43,253 nt of DNA from Mesotaenium endlicherianum (GCA_009602735.1 WELA01001736.1:153422-196674), one strand, 5' to 3'. Shown: positions 11,979 through 24,113, numbered from the stretch's first letter. The notes: generated from the sequence alone by a model not told the origin. Numbers and translations are program-made.

Positions 11979-14919
11979 TTCCTCCTCTACCCCTCCCTCT
12001 TTTGTCCTACTTACTGCTCCTCCCATATTCTCTCACAGTGCCCTCTGCTGCGCGGATTCAATCGAATGGGGTGGGGGAAAGGGTGCCTGAGGAGGGGCTT
12101 CTGTCTCCCTCTCTCCCTCCCTCTGTCCCCCACCACCTCTGCCACCCGGTCTATGCGTCTATTTTCTTGCCCTCCTTTTTCTTTCCTTCTTGCTCCAATT
12201 CCTCCTTGCTGCTCCCCCTGCCCTGCTTTTGCTCGCCTTCCTGGAGGGGAGCAGTCGACACATCCTGCGCAGTTTCTGAAAATTTCAACCGGCGCTTTTG
12301 CGCATGCAGCGTGCTCGCGTGTGATATTGCCTGCATCAAGCACGCTGCAAAGCACTTTTTTTGGAGCAAAACGTAGGTAACGGCAAAACCGGGGAGCAGG
12401 GGAGCGGTGTTGGGGCTTGNNNNNNNNNNNNNNNNNNNNNNNNNNNNNNNNNNNNNNNNNNNNNNNNNNNNNNNNNNNNNNNNNNNNNNNNNNNNNNNNN
12501 NNNNNNNNNNNNNNNNNNNNNNNNNNNNNNNNNNNNNNNNNNNNNNNNNNNNNNNNNNNNNNNNNNNNNNNNNNNNNNNNNNNNNNNNNNNNNNNNNNNN
12601 NNNNNNNNNNNNNNNNNNNNNNNNNNNNNNNNNNNNNNNNNNNNNNNNNNNNNNNNNNNNNNNNNNNNNNNNNNNNNNNNNNNNNNNNNNNNNNNNNNNN
12701 NNNNNNNNNNNNNNNNNNNNNNNNNNNNNNNNNNNNNNNNNNNNNNNNNNNNNNNNNNNNNNNNNNNNNNNNNNNNNNNNNNNNNNNNNNNNNNNNNNNN
12801 NNNNNNNNNNNNNNNNNNNNNNNNNNNNNNNNNNNNNNNNNNNNNNNNNNNNNNNNNNNNNNNNNNNNNNNNNNNNNNNNNNNNNNNNNNNNNNNNNNNN
12901 NNNNNNNNNNNNNNNNNNNNNNNNNNNNNNNNNNNNNNNNNNNNNNNNNNNNNNNNNNNNNNNNNNNNNNNNNNNNNNNNNNNNNNNNNNNNNNNNNNNN
13001 NNNNNNNNNNNNNNNNNNNNNNNNNNNNNNNNNNNNNNNNNNNNNNNNNNNNNNNNNNNNNNNNNNNNNNNNNNNNNNNNNNNNNNNNNNNNNNNNNNNN
13101 NNNNNNNNNNNNNNNNNNNNNNNNNNNNNNNNNNNNNNNNNNNNNNNNNNNNNNNNNNNNNNNNNNNNNNNNNNNNNNNNNNNNNNNNNNNNNNNNNNNN
13201 NNNNNNNNNNNNNNNNNNNNNNNNNNNNNNNNNNNNNNNNNNNNNNNNGGGGGGGCAGGGGGCGAGGCATACGATCTGGCTCGTTCCTCGGAGGCCCCCT
13301 CCCTCCAGGTGCGGGCACCTGCGCACCCATGCATGCGCACGCAGGGGAAGGCACGTGGTTGCGAAGGCCTGCAGTGCTCTAGGCTTGCGTATGTGTGGCT
13401 GCTGGCGCACATTGTGGAGACATTATTTTCCGGCCACTTTGCAGTGCTGTCCCTTTCTTCCATACCGCAAATGATCGTCCAACCAGCGGTCGTGCACGCA
13501 TGCAAGTCCGAGTCCTCTGCAGCTCCTATCCCAACGTCAGAGTCTGCTTCATTTCCCCACTCTCTGTGCAGTGCTCTGGAGTAACTTCGCCCCCTCTTGT
13601 TCGGCCAAATGGGTAAGGGGAGGGGGGGAGGNNNNNNNNNNNNNNNNNNNNNNNNNNNNNNNNNNNNNNNNNNNNNNNNNNNNNNNNNNNNNNNNNNNNN
13701 NNNNNNNNNNNNNNNNNNNNNNNNNNNNNNNNNNNNNNNNNNNNNNNNNNNNNNNNNNNNNNNNNNNNNNNNNNNNNNNNNNNNNNNNNNNNNNNNNNNN
13801 NNNNNNNNNNNNNNNNNNNNNNNNNNNNNNNNNNNNNNNNNNNNGGGGGGGGGTTGAGAGGAAGGGGGGAGGGTTAGAGCTAACACCTAGTGCTGAATAT
13901 TAGCCTGGCACTTCTTACCCATTGTGTGTTTAAACGCTCAAGGTGGACGACTCGCCACCTGCCCACCTGTGGAGACTGTATCACATCCCATCGCTGCACG
14001 CCCTCGTGCCAGGTGGCGCGCCAGCGCAAGGAGGCAGGCACCATGTGCGTCCACGGCCTGGCTCTATCTGGGCACACAGGTGCGTCTCTGGGAGCCAAAG
14101 GGTGCTGACTCTCGAATCTCAAACACACGTGCTCCGGGCATGAGCACGCGGGCACTCGCTCATGCGCGCGCCAGCATGCGTCTTCTTGCAAGGCACGCAG
14201 GGCACGTAGAGCTCTCGTAATGTTCATAGCAGCAAGAAGATGAAATAGCGGGACGAACGTGCTTTCTCTTGCCTGCCTTGCCTTGCTAGCTGTCTGCAGC
14301 AATTGGATTGGCAGGGAAAGCGTGCGCCTGCGCCCACGCATTCTCCTTCCCTCCACTGCTCTGCTTGCCCAGTTCAGCTTTGCCCTAAAGCACAACCTCG
14401 GCTCTTCTCTCGGTTTCTTGCTGGTCAACCATAGTCAGCGCTTTGCCCTCAATACCCGCCCCACCTCAGCCCGGCCCCGCCTCCACCTCACCTGGCCCCA
14501 GTTCGCCCATCCTTCAGCCTACCTCCTTCTGGCAACCACCTTTTACCTCCCTCCGTCCTCCTCCCCTCGCCCTCCGTAGGCTAGCCCCTCAGGAACCCAG
14601 ATGCTGCTGGGCAAGGCGGGGGTGGGATGAAGGATGGGGGTTTCCTTTTTTTGGTTCGCAATGTTTTATTTAAATCTTTCTCTGTTTTCTATCTGTGTAA
14701 GTCATTTTCACAATGTCTTCCAGGAGTTAACCCGCCGTCAGTGCAGCAGCGGGCGCATGCCGGTCACTCGGCTGCGTGAAATATGGCTGGTGCCGGGTGT
14801 CCGACCCCTGAGTGAGTGGAGCAGCTGGCCAAGAGGTCGTATCTGTCTTGCCCAGTTCCTCCACCTACACGCGCATTGTAAGCAAGGCTTGATTCACATC
14901 CTTTTGCCTCCGTCTCCCT

Positions 14920-16155
14920 CTCCACACAACGCGGACGTGGGCATTACGGGCGCCATCCTGACGAAGCTGGACGGCGACTCTGGCGGTGGCGCTGCTCTCA
15001 CCGTCATAGAGGTGAGAGTTCACACGTGTGTGTGTTGCGGCCCGTGCTCTTGTGCGCTCGTGTGCGCGCGTGCTTGCATATGTGCAGGTGCGCGAGCGCG
15101 CATGTATGTGTGTGTATGTGTGTGTGTGTGTGTGTGTTGCAAGGGTGGCTTGGCGGTGGGGTTGCGGGAATGTTGACAACGTTACGTACACCTGTCGCGT
15201 GCGCAATACAGGGAGTGACTCACCAGGCATGGGTACGTACATCTGGACACATGCATGTATGTGGTTGTGTATGACACGCCTTCAGAAGTTCAGATTGAGT
15301 GCAATGCCACGGGAAGCATCGGCTCCTCCTTGCTATCAGCCTCCTCTAGCTAGCTTGTGTCTCTACTAACGTCAAGGGGCTGCTTTCAGGCGCCAGCTCA
15401 TGCCATTATCTTGGCGGGGGAGGGTAGAGGGGGGAAGTGTGCGTGTTCAAACCCTTGTGGTGATACTGCCAGGAATGCGGGCTATGGTTTGAGCGAGCAG
15501 GCATCCCCGGGGACCGCCAAGAGAAAGAAGAGCAGCAGAACTGGATTCTCGCAGCAGCTCGCTGTGGCCCAACAAGGGTCCAGGACCAACGGCTTCGGCG
15601 CCAAGTAGAGGGCTCCATCCCCTATTCAAGGACGTGCATCTGGCTGATTATGATATGGTTATGGGATATTGAAGATGCGGGAAGTCAACGCTTATGATTG
15701 CCAGTTGTGCATGGTGTGGATTATAAGTGAATCGCGAGCCTCTGTATCTTGCACAGTGAGGAGCGTCTGCTATGATAGTGGTGACCTAGCTTTGCAATTC
15801 TTGGATGTGCAAACGTTGCAGCTGCGTTTTGTCAGAAATTTTGGATATGATGCTGTGGAAGTTGAAAGAATTTGCGAAGATGGTTGCGGATCGCTGTGGC
15901 GTGTATCTACCCCAGGACATTCTACAAGTGTGGACCCAGCACAGCACGTTGTGCATATATTGCAAGTTGCGGCATCCATGAGTCCTACACATGATCACTT
16001 GTTTCAGTGAGAACCATTATTCACAATTCTTTGAATTATGCACCTTGAATTGGTTTCAAAAAATCGCCTTTGAACATGGTGAGGAAACATGCACCTCGCA
16101 AGAGGCCAAATTTTGTCGCTTCTTGCGAGAACTCGATCTATGCCTAAGGGTGACA
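14920..16155 (+). pseudogene. Internally deleted duplicate of the cpSRP54 3' part (G-domain exon remnant, last exon, 3' flank)
   Basis: 14927-15011 matches exon 2398-2498 after a 17-nt deletion that removes the acceptor G ([28 protein letters not shown]). 15012-~15215 matches the intron at 2499-~2710, then jumps to sequence matching ~6160 onward. 15501-15608 is a copy of the last exon, and similarity to 6620-7195 continues to about 16155. Confidence 0.85.
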
Positions 16156-16165
16156 TGACTCATTA

Positions 16166-19100
16166 GGTCGGGACCGTCGCTCCAGCCGAGACACACGTGC
16201 GTCGACCACCAACCTAGGAGGGCCGACTTTGACCTTGCTTTACGCATTCATATGTTGACCTTTGCTAGCATTCCAAATCGCCAAAGTGTAGAGCGTCGCG
16301 TCACCTTCCAAAAGGCATCGGTTGCGCGCTATTTGGTCAAGTGTCGAGCGAGATATTCGCGATCTAGCCTGCGCCACCTACCGGTCCCTAGCGGATTTCA
16401 CTAAAGGCCACTTTGTGACTCAATGTGCCCAAAGGTCACATTGTTGGCTCCTCGCGACTCCAAGTACCTCTAGCCATTAGCACAGAAATCCGCAAACTTG
16501 ATAAAGTACACTTAGCATACATTAGCATAGTATATGAGCACCATTTGAGCTATAACTTGGTGACTGCATCACTCACTCCTAGAGGAAGCTTCCTCTCGTT
16601 TCAGATCTACTTTTGAGTCACTATCTAGGTAGCATTGGTCGAGGTAAGCTCCGCCAATAAGAGCCATGCATCCGTTTACTTGCACTAGATTTGATTGGTG
16701 TGTGTTATACTTAGCCAATAGGAGAGCTAGTACGTGCCTTGCCTCCACTTTCGTGGACCTGGGAGAGCCTCCTAGCATGATTGTGTGCAGTGAATCCGCC
16801 GCCTTCAGTGCCGGTTTTACAGGGAGTATATGGCAGTAGATGCCCTTAGAAGGACATATTTTTAGAAGTCCATTATGCCAGCTGTAAGCCACAGAGTTAT
16901 AAGTGAAGCTTACACTTTTATCTCTTGTGTTTTCAGGACCACTAAGTCTCTCTCTTGTGAAGAGCAAGCCCTCATGGCTTCCGGTCACTAGAAGAACTTC
17001 ACAAGTGGTGAGCAAAGTCATAGCTTCAACCCTGCCATAGGACTACTCTTGAAGATCATGATGTGCTTCTAGTGATCTTTTGGGCTAGACTTCAATAGTT
17101 TTTTTCCAACCAAATTACAGTCTTGAGGTGCTCACTTTGGAAAGTACACACTCCTTACTTCTAAAAAGATCTCTCTTTGCCTGCAAGCAATTAGAGTCTT
17201 CAAGTCTTCAACGCATGCCTACCCGTAGTGGGCTATCTTATCAGCCTTACTACGAAGGGGTTAGTGGCGAGGACTCAGACTCAGATCTCAGTACTGTCAC
17301 TGGTCCCCCTGAGGAGGAGCACTCGGTGCCCCCTCAGCCTACAGCGGTCCACGAGCCACCTCTTCAGTGGACTCACTACGATCCCTTGTACTCCATGGCA
17401 GGTGACCAGGATACGAAGGTAGACAGGGCCTCCCTCTTCCGCTTCAGCGACAGGCCAGGCACTTGCGATCTGAACGACACTATCTCTAAGTTTGAGGTTG
17501 ACTTCGAGAACGCTAAGCTCAAGACGCCCGCGCTCACTAAGCGCCAGGTGTTTGGCATGCTCATGCGTTACCTTCTCTACGAGGCTCGCGCCACCTACCG
17601 AGAGAAGGCAGCCGAGATCCTCACGCGCACGGAGCTGGTGGGGAACGTTACGACCCCGCTAGCTGACCCAGTTCAGGCCTTCTGGGACGTCCTCAGACAG
17701 GATTTGCAGGCCGCCACAGAGGAGAAGGTGTACGAGCTGCACCACTTCTTTCGCCGCAAGAATGAGACAATCGGCATGATGTACCACCGCCTGACCCTCC
17801 TACGTAGAGACGTGGGCACGGTTACTGACCGAGAGCAACGAAGATCTTCTTGCGTATTGTGGAGCCGCGTCTGAGGGAGAGAGCTATCGCCCCCCTCATC
17901 GACCGCAAGGGTTCCGAATACTCACTGGACGCTTACCTCTCAGTGGAGAAGCAGAGCCTCGCAGCCGCACGGAGCAACATCAGCGATCGTGTGGGCCTCG
18001 CATCCACGGGCGTACGACAGGAGGCCCCAGCGTTGCCATCTTCCGCGATGCCACCAGTCCCTGCACGCCAGCCCCAGCAGCAGCAGCGGCAGCGCTCGCA
18101 GCTGCCCTAGCAGACTCAACAGCGCAGAGCTCCGCGCGGCCGTATCTCTATGGCCGCCACGACGAGCGACCCCTGCTGGTCTTGCGGAAAGATGGGCCAC
18201 TCTCGCCGTGACTGCACGCTTGCGCAGAACGGCAAGCCCGGCGACAGCACATACTGCGGCAAGGCCGGCCACCTGCAGGTTGTCTGCCTGCAGAAGAAGC
18301 GCGACCTCGAGAACGGGCGCGCTTGGGACAGATCCTCCAGCGCAGCAGGCCAGCGGGGCACGCGTAACCGGCGCACTGGCGGACGACCCGCGATGACGGC
18401 GGCCACGGCCACGACCAGCGCCGTGATGACGCCCGGCAAGGACCACTATAGTTACAATGCCCTCAGCGACGCACTGTTAACGGCCGAGGGCGAGATCGCC
18501 CGCCTACACGCTCGCAACGATAGCATCGGCTACGACTCATGTGGAGCGCTGTACGGTCCTGCCAGCGGCACGCTCCCAGCTTGGGTTTCTGCCAGTGGCG
18601 GACGGGCGCGCTTCGACCGGCTGACAGCTAGCAGACACCCATCTGGCGCAACCCAACCAGCCGACGCAGCAGTCCGCCCCCGCGATGAGGCGTCCCCAAT
18701 GCCAGCGCAGCCAGCACCGACACTGGCGACGACTCTGGTCTGCACGGCCTTGCTGTTGACAGCAGGACCAACAATGGCCGGTCTGGCGACAGGTGGCAGC
18801 CCCCTGCAAGCCCGTCAGACGGCTTCGCAAGCCGCGACAAGCTTTGGCGCGCGCACCGCGCACGCGTGCGTAGACACGCGCACGAGAGAGCGTCAGGAGC
18901 ACGGCCGCCTGCTGCTGGCTGCCAGCAGCAGGATCCAGCAGCTGGCACCACGTGGCATGCGCACGGCGTCCGAGGCGCCACGCCCTATCACCGTCATTGA
19001 CGCCCGTGGTCAGGCGCCCGGGACGGCGACGCGAGGTCCCTTCCGGCGACCTGGCCTCCTCGCTCCTGGCACGCCAGTCTGCGCAGCTCCACATGGCAGC

Positions 19101-19504
19101 TGCTCCCAGGCGCCGCCACTTGGCGTGCGCAGGTGGCTCGGCCCGGCAGGCGCACAGACGGCAGAGGGCGCCGGCACTATCCATCAGAGGGGGGCGTCCC
19201 CGACATTGTCGCACGACCCAATCATCGAGAAGCCGCCCGACGGCTCGCGCACGACATTGCTCAGCCAGGGCTTAAACCCTGGTTGCGTGCAAAACCCCGG
19301 CATCCGCGCAAGTTGCGCTACCGAGGCTACGCAGGGCCTTCTCGCTCGGAAGCAGGACGCCCGAGCATCGCACGGGGCCCACGCGGAAGAGCGTCGACGG
19401 ATCGGCAGCCCGCCTCAAGAGCAACCCTGGAGCGCCACCTGGCGGTCCAGCAGAGGTTCCGCTGGTCCTCGCTGCCGTCCCGACGCCTGCGCCAGGACTC
19501 GCAC
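16166..19504 (+). mobile_element. LTR retrotransposon A (5' part: putative LTR/leader plus degenerate gag), interrupted by a family-B LTR
   Basis: Begins where similarity to the cpSRP54 3' flank stops. Possible LTR end ...CTTCACA at 17003, followed by AGTGGTGAGC (PBS-like). Gag follows. The left boundary is approximate. Confidence 0.6.
17215..19504 (+). pseudogene. gag: Frameshifted Gag of element A with two CCHC zinc knuckles
   Basis: Starts MPTRSG, has a capsid-like helical region (FFRRKNETIGMMYHRL), and knuckles CWSCGKMGHSRRDC and (S)TYCGKAGHLQVVC near 18175-18290. Split across track ORFs 17128, 17850 and 18150. Confidence 0.7.
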
Positions 19505-19833
19505 TGTAGTGATTTGAGTTAAATATATATTAATTTATATGTATTTATTTTATATTAATTTACATGTATTTTAATGCTTTTGAATATATTTGGAGTGGTA
19601 TTGTGTGAAGTCAAGTATAAATAGATACTCTAGTGACTTGGTTCATGTCCTTTGAACCTTTTAAGGCATTTTCGAAGTTAGAGCCATATTTAGGTCAAAA
19701 GGACATGTGTACATTATTCTAGAAAGAGGTGGCAAGTTTTGGGATGTGTTGGGTGCCAACACATCAACATGCACCTTCCTAGAAATTACTTATGTAGCAA
19801 GTATATAAACAAGAGCTAGAACATAGAAAGACA
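19505..19833 (+). repeat. Truncated family-B LTR (approximately the U3 part)
   Basis: Starts TGTAGTGATTTGAGTT and is colinear with 23611-23954 apart from a ~40-bp deletion. Ends about 25 nt after the TATATAAA box at 19802. Confidence 0.9.
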
Positions 19834-22800
19834 ACCAAAAAGTGCCTACTACTCCGCATCATAGGAACCACACAGAGGGACAGTCACAGAGGATTGCGGA
19901 GGTACGAGTGGGTAGAGGAGAATCAACAAAGGAATACCGAGAGAGGACGCAAAGTGCAAACACCCAAGTAAGCAAAAAAAAAAAAAAAAAAAAGACCCCC
20001 NCCAATGCTTACATACAATAACTCATACTGGTCATTCCTAGCAAGACATACACCAAAATGACAACCACCCAATGGTGAGAGTCAACAATCAAAGAGAAGA
20101 GGGACCAGAAACAACCAATTGTATCATAGTTCTGATGTTTCAAGATACTCCCTCCTTCAAGCCTTACTGCCTGAAGTTGCCCAGAGGACAGGTGAGGAAG
20201 CGTCACGTGGCAGCGTCTAGCATGCCAACTCCTCGGCCTCTCTCGACCTGTATGCACCATCGCTTCACACTCTGCTTGCTGGTCTCAGTCTGTTGAACAG
20301 ACAACAAACAAGTGTGTAAGTTGCCTTCAATAAGCTTAAGCTACGCGTGGCAAACACCACACCCTAGCTGCATCAGTCTACTCCAGATCTGATGACTCCA
20401 TCTTACATAGTTCCCGGGAGGGTAAGGCAAACATTGGGATCACAAAGACTCAACCAATGACAATGGGCAAACGGAGTATAGCTCAAAACCGAGTTCCTCT
20501 CTAAAGGCACATACATGGCACCTTTTGTAATTGCAGCAAGCACCTAGCAAGCCAATGACAACAGCGTGCATAGATCCCTGGTAAAACTTTCGCACTGTAA
20601 CCCCAAGTTAGCAAGAAGAATGTTTGTGCATCGGACTGAACAAGATCATTCAAGACATGCATTGCGAGAACGTCTATAATGTCGATGGTCTCTTTTGTCT
20701 TTACTTAGGTGTGCATAGTGAATCTATTACAGCAGGGCCCATTTTACACCTGCTCTACGGTATGCTAACGGCGATCCACTACCTCTAGCACCCGGGATGC
20801 AAATTCCATGCACCTGACGCATATACAAATGCATCTTGCATGCTACCTAGCATGCGCCTCTAGCGAGCTCAGTTTGCTGCGAGGCAGGCAGAAACTTAGC
20901 ACACTGCTAATATGCCCAGATCGTCCCTATGACGAAGACACAAACTTCCTTACACTTGACCAAGTGTACAGGTGGCATCCAAAAACAAATAGCCAACTGG
21001 ACCTAAGGCAAGTAGTCAAACCCCCTCTAGTATCCACGTTGACTTTCCATACGTCAGTCAACACACCGTACAGACCTAAGTCTCGATATGCTCATCTTAT
21101 GTGATTATCTCGCTAGCTCCGACGAGCCACAATCCCACAGTAAGACATGACACGCACCAATCATGGCGACACCAAGAGCTCGTTCAGCTCAAGCACTCAA
21201 AGTGCTCATTGATCGCGGCTGCTCTCGGACACTTAACCTTTAATAAGTCATGCAAACTAAAGAGAGTGAAAGGAAAGTCCTTGCGTCCATAAACCCAAGC
21301 CCTTAAACCCTTTAACCACATTAGGTCAGATAATCCAGCAGACTGACTTAACCTAAGTCAGCAATCACATAAGATCCGCATCCAAAAACCTCTGCACACT
21401 GACTAGACTTATCTTAAGCTTAAACCCCAAGTTCCTATGATCCCATCAAGTACCACCAAAGCACCGTCTCACACATAGCATTCAAGCACAAGGCACATAC
21501 CCTAAACCTTCCAGCCCACGTCAAAGTGGCAAACGAGAGGAGCACACAATGTCACAGCCATGGTTGGGAGTAGAGGGTATCTGTAGGATGCCATTGTTGC
21601 TGTGGAAGCCTCTTCTCATAGAAGTGGCAGCATGCCGAAGCTTGTGGACGACGTAGTGCACTTGGACCGTGGCGACGAAAACCTGTCGTAATCCATACTT
21701 GGAAACTTAAGTTAGTAAATCATGTGTGCACGCACTGTCTCAATTGCTCCACACATGCAACCATACCCAAACTCCCTCAACCTAGCTACCACACACATAA
21801 TAAGAGAGGTACGTCTCTTGCAAAGCAACAAGCTTAAACCCGAAGGGTTAGCACAACAGACTAACAAGTCCTTTAGCACCGCTGGAGTGCACACCCCTCT
21901 CTATACTAGCCGTGAATTGCATATAACAACACACAACGACTATGATCAAGTGAGGTAAATGAGTCATATTCAGCTTGCTATGATGCAACTCCCTTGAGGC
22001 TGCCCTTGGTGCTTGCAGACACCTCGTCCATCAAGCCTCCACTTTAGGCTTCTCCATGCGTGGATCTGTACACAACAGGCTAGGAAAGTCAAGTTAGTAT
22101 GTCGCATAGTACATTGAGCCCGGAGACACACTAGGTGAGCAAGTGGAAGAATCCTCGATAGGATGTGCAATGCTCTACATCATACACTTCCCCAAGCTCC
22201 ACCTAGACTCATCATACCACACAAGTAAGCGTCACACACTTACCTCCTGAGACTAAGAAGACAAGCACGGACATTCAAGAAGGACTTAGCTCCGATACCA
22301 CTGAAATAAATCTTGCTTATTCAAGATTAATATATTTCATATATAAATAAAAGATCAGAGATAGGTGGAAGCGTGTGAAATCAGGGAGCGATCTTCGCCC
22401 TTATGATGAATTCCGTTTAGTCATCTATAACCTTTGACTCACTTATCGTTGTGTGCCATAGTTGCACGCGAATTGCGGCGAATACAAGGCACAAGAAAGA
22501 GGCGAGCTTGAGGACTAGAGCTTCTCCTTTAGAAACTCATGACCTCTTGCCTACCAGGCATACAAGCATGTGTAAGCACATACACAACATCAGGGGACTG
22601 AATAGCAAAGGCGCTCTCATTCAGATGACCATAAAGTAGCTCAAACACATCCCACTGACTTAGGTGCAAAAACCATGGAATCTGTCCGCTTTGTGACCCC
22701 AAAATGTCAGAGGGCATAACTCTGTCAATACTACTCCAAATTGAGCAAACTTAACGGCAACGAATGCATCTTGACAAGACCTTTCCGAAAAGTCCTAGTT

Positions 22801-23574
22801 TGCTCCTTTTGAAGCGCAAACAAAGCAGCCATGGTAATTTCCGTGAAGGCTGGTCATTAGAACGAACCCAAAAAGTGCACACATCACTTGCAAGTAGAAA
22901 TCCGACTGTAAAGCCTACTGTCCAGAATGAGGGACCACGAGATCCCAGCCTGCTATGTACCTAGTGACCACCTGGTTGACCACGGCGCAAGGTGCGCCGT
23001 TTCGTGGGAAACCCGTTCAGTTGGGACCCACGGATCTAGGTATAACGACCATATTAATTGGTTGGTTGACTGAAGTCCTAACTATTCAGTTGACTGACGA
23101 CGGCTCCGCCTACCCAGGAGTTGACCACACTGGTAGGACATCGGTTTACCAAATCTCAGTCGACCTCCCGACTATCAGTATACTTCGGTCACATGTGCCA
23201 ATCTACAAATAACAATCTAAATGTATATGTCTATCCTCAGCGTACTGAAGCTAAGTATATTGACTAATATCAAGCGAGCTTACTATATGTCAACCTACTG
23301 ATATTATATCCAATATATAACTGATATATAAATCTCAGCAAACTACACTATGATACAAAAGTCATCCTGCTGACCTTTTCAACAAAGTCAGCAAACTACA
23401 CTATGGTACCAAAGTCATCCTGCTGACCTTTTTGACAAAGTAAGTAAACTCGCATTACATCGACATACATTCATTCAGATGATTTCGCACATGTGAGTAT
23501 ATAGACATAATACTTATTTAGTATTATATTTATATATGCAATTAATTAAATATATAATGAACTGATTCATTACA
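19834..23574 (-). mobile_element. LTR element C in reverse orientation: 5' LTR 23574-22302, PBS, about 2.4 kb of apparently non-coding internal region; 3' end missing
   Basis: Minus strand reads TGTAATGAAT...ATTTATTTCA, then G, then PBS TGGTATCGGAGC (22300-22289). The track shows no minus-strand ORF over 85 aa in the internal part. The LTR end resembles that of element D. Confidence 0.75.
23335..23440. repeat. Two tandem 53-bp units inside the element C LTR
   Basis: TCAGCAAACTACACTATG...CTGCTGACCTTTT..ACAAAG at 23335-23387 and 23388-23440, followed by a partial third start. Confidence 0.9.
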
Positions 23575-23610
23575 CCGCTGCCGTCCCGACGCCTGTGCCA
23601 GGACTCGCAC

Positions 23611-24113
23611 TGTAGTGATTTGAGTTATAATATATTAATGTGCATATATTTTAATGCTTTTGAATGTATTTGGAGTGGTATTGTGTGAAGTCAAGTATGA
23701 TTAGATACTCTAGTGACTTGGTTCATGTCCTTTGGACCTTTTAAGGCATTTTCGAAATTAGAGGAAGGACCTAGAAGAACTCCATGTGGCAAAAGTCAAA
23801 TGTGCCATTTTTAGGTCAAAAGGACATATGTACATTATTCTAGAAAGAGGTGGCAAGTTTTGGGATGTGTTGGGTGCCAACACATCAACATGCACCTTCC
23901 TAGAAATTACTTATGTAGCAAGTATATAAACAAGAGCTAGAACATAGAAAGACATTCCAGAATTACTCTTGTACGTGCCTAATTCCAGAAATATATTAAC
24001 TTTCAAGAATTCACCTCTCTTTCAAGAAACTACCACTTGTGTTCAAAGATCCTTGTCTTAAATAGACAAAGTATTTTATATTACTAAGTACTTTATCTTT
24101 TTGTTTCACTACA
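23611..24113 (+). repeat. 5' LTR of B1 (503 bp)
   Basis: Perfect 7-bp terminal inverted repeat TGTAGTG...CACTACA, internal TATATAAA at about 23923, immediately followed by the PBS. Confidence 0.92.

Noticed and set aside
12011..13886. Very long ORFs in the track (also 26646-28607 and 3774-4413)
   Set aside because: Their length comes from N runs translated as X.
19974..19993. Poly(A) run as a possible LINE/SINE or retrogene tail
   Set aside because: No TSD, pol III boxes or ORF upstream; lies within the element C region next to a contig join.
23094..23130. CTGACGA followed by a stem (hammerhead ribozyme / retrozyme candidate); likewise CTGATGA at 20389
   Set aside because: The required GAAA after stem II and closing stems I/III are absent.
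23335..23450. 53-bp repeats as a possible CRISPR-like array
   Set aside because: Head-to-tail duplication with no spacers, inside a eukaryotic LTR.
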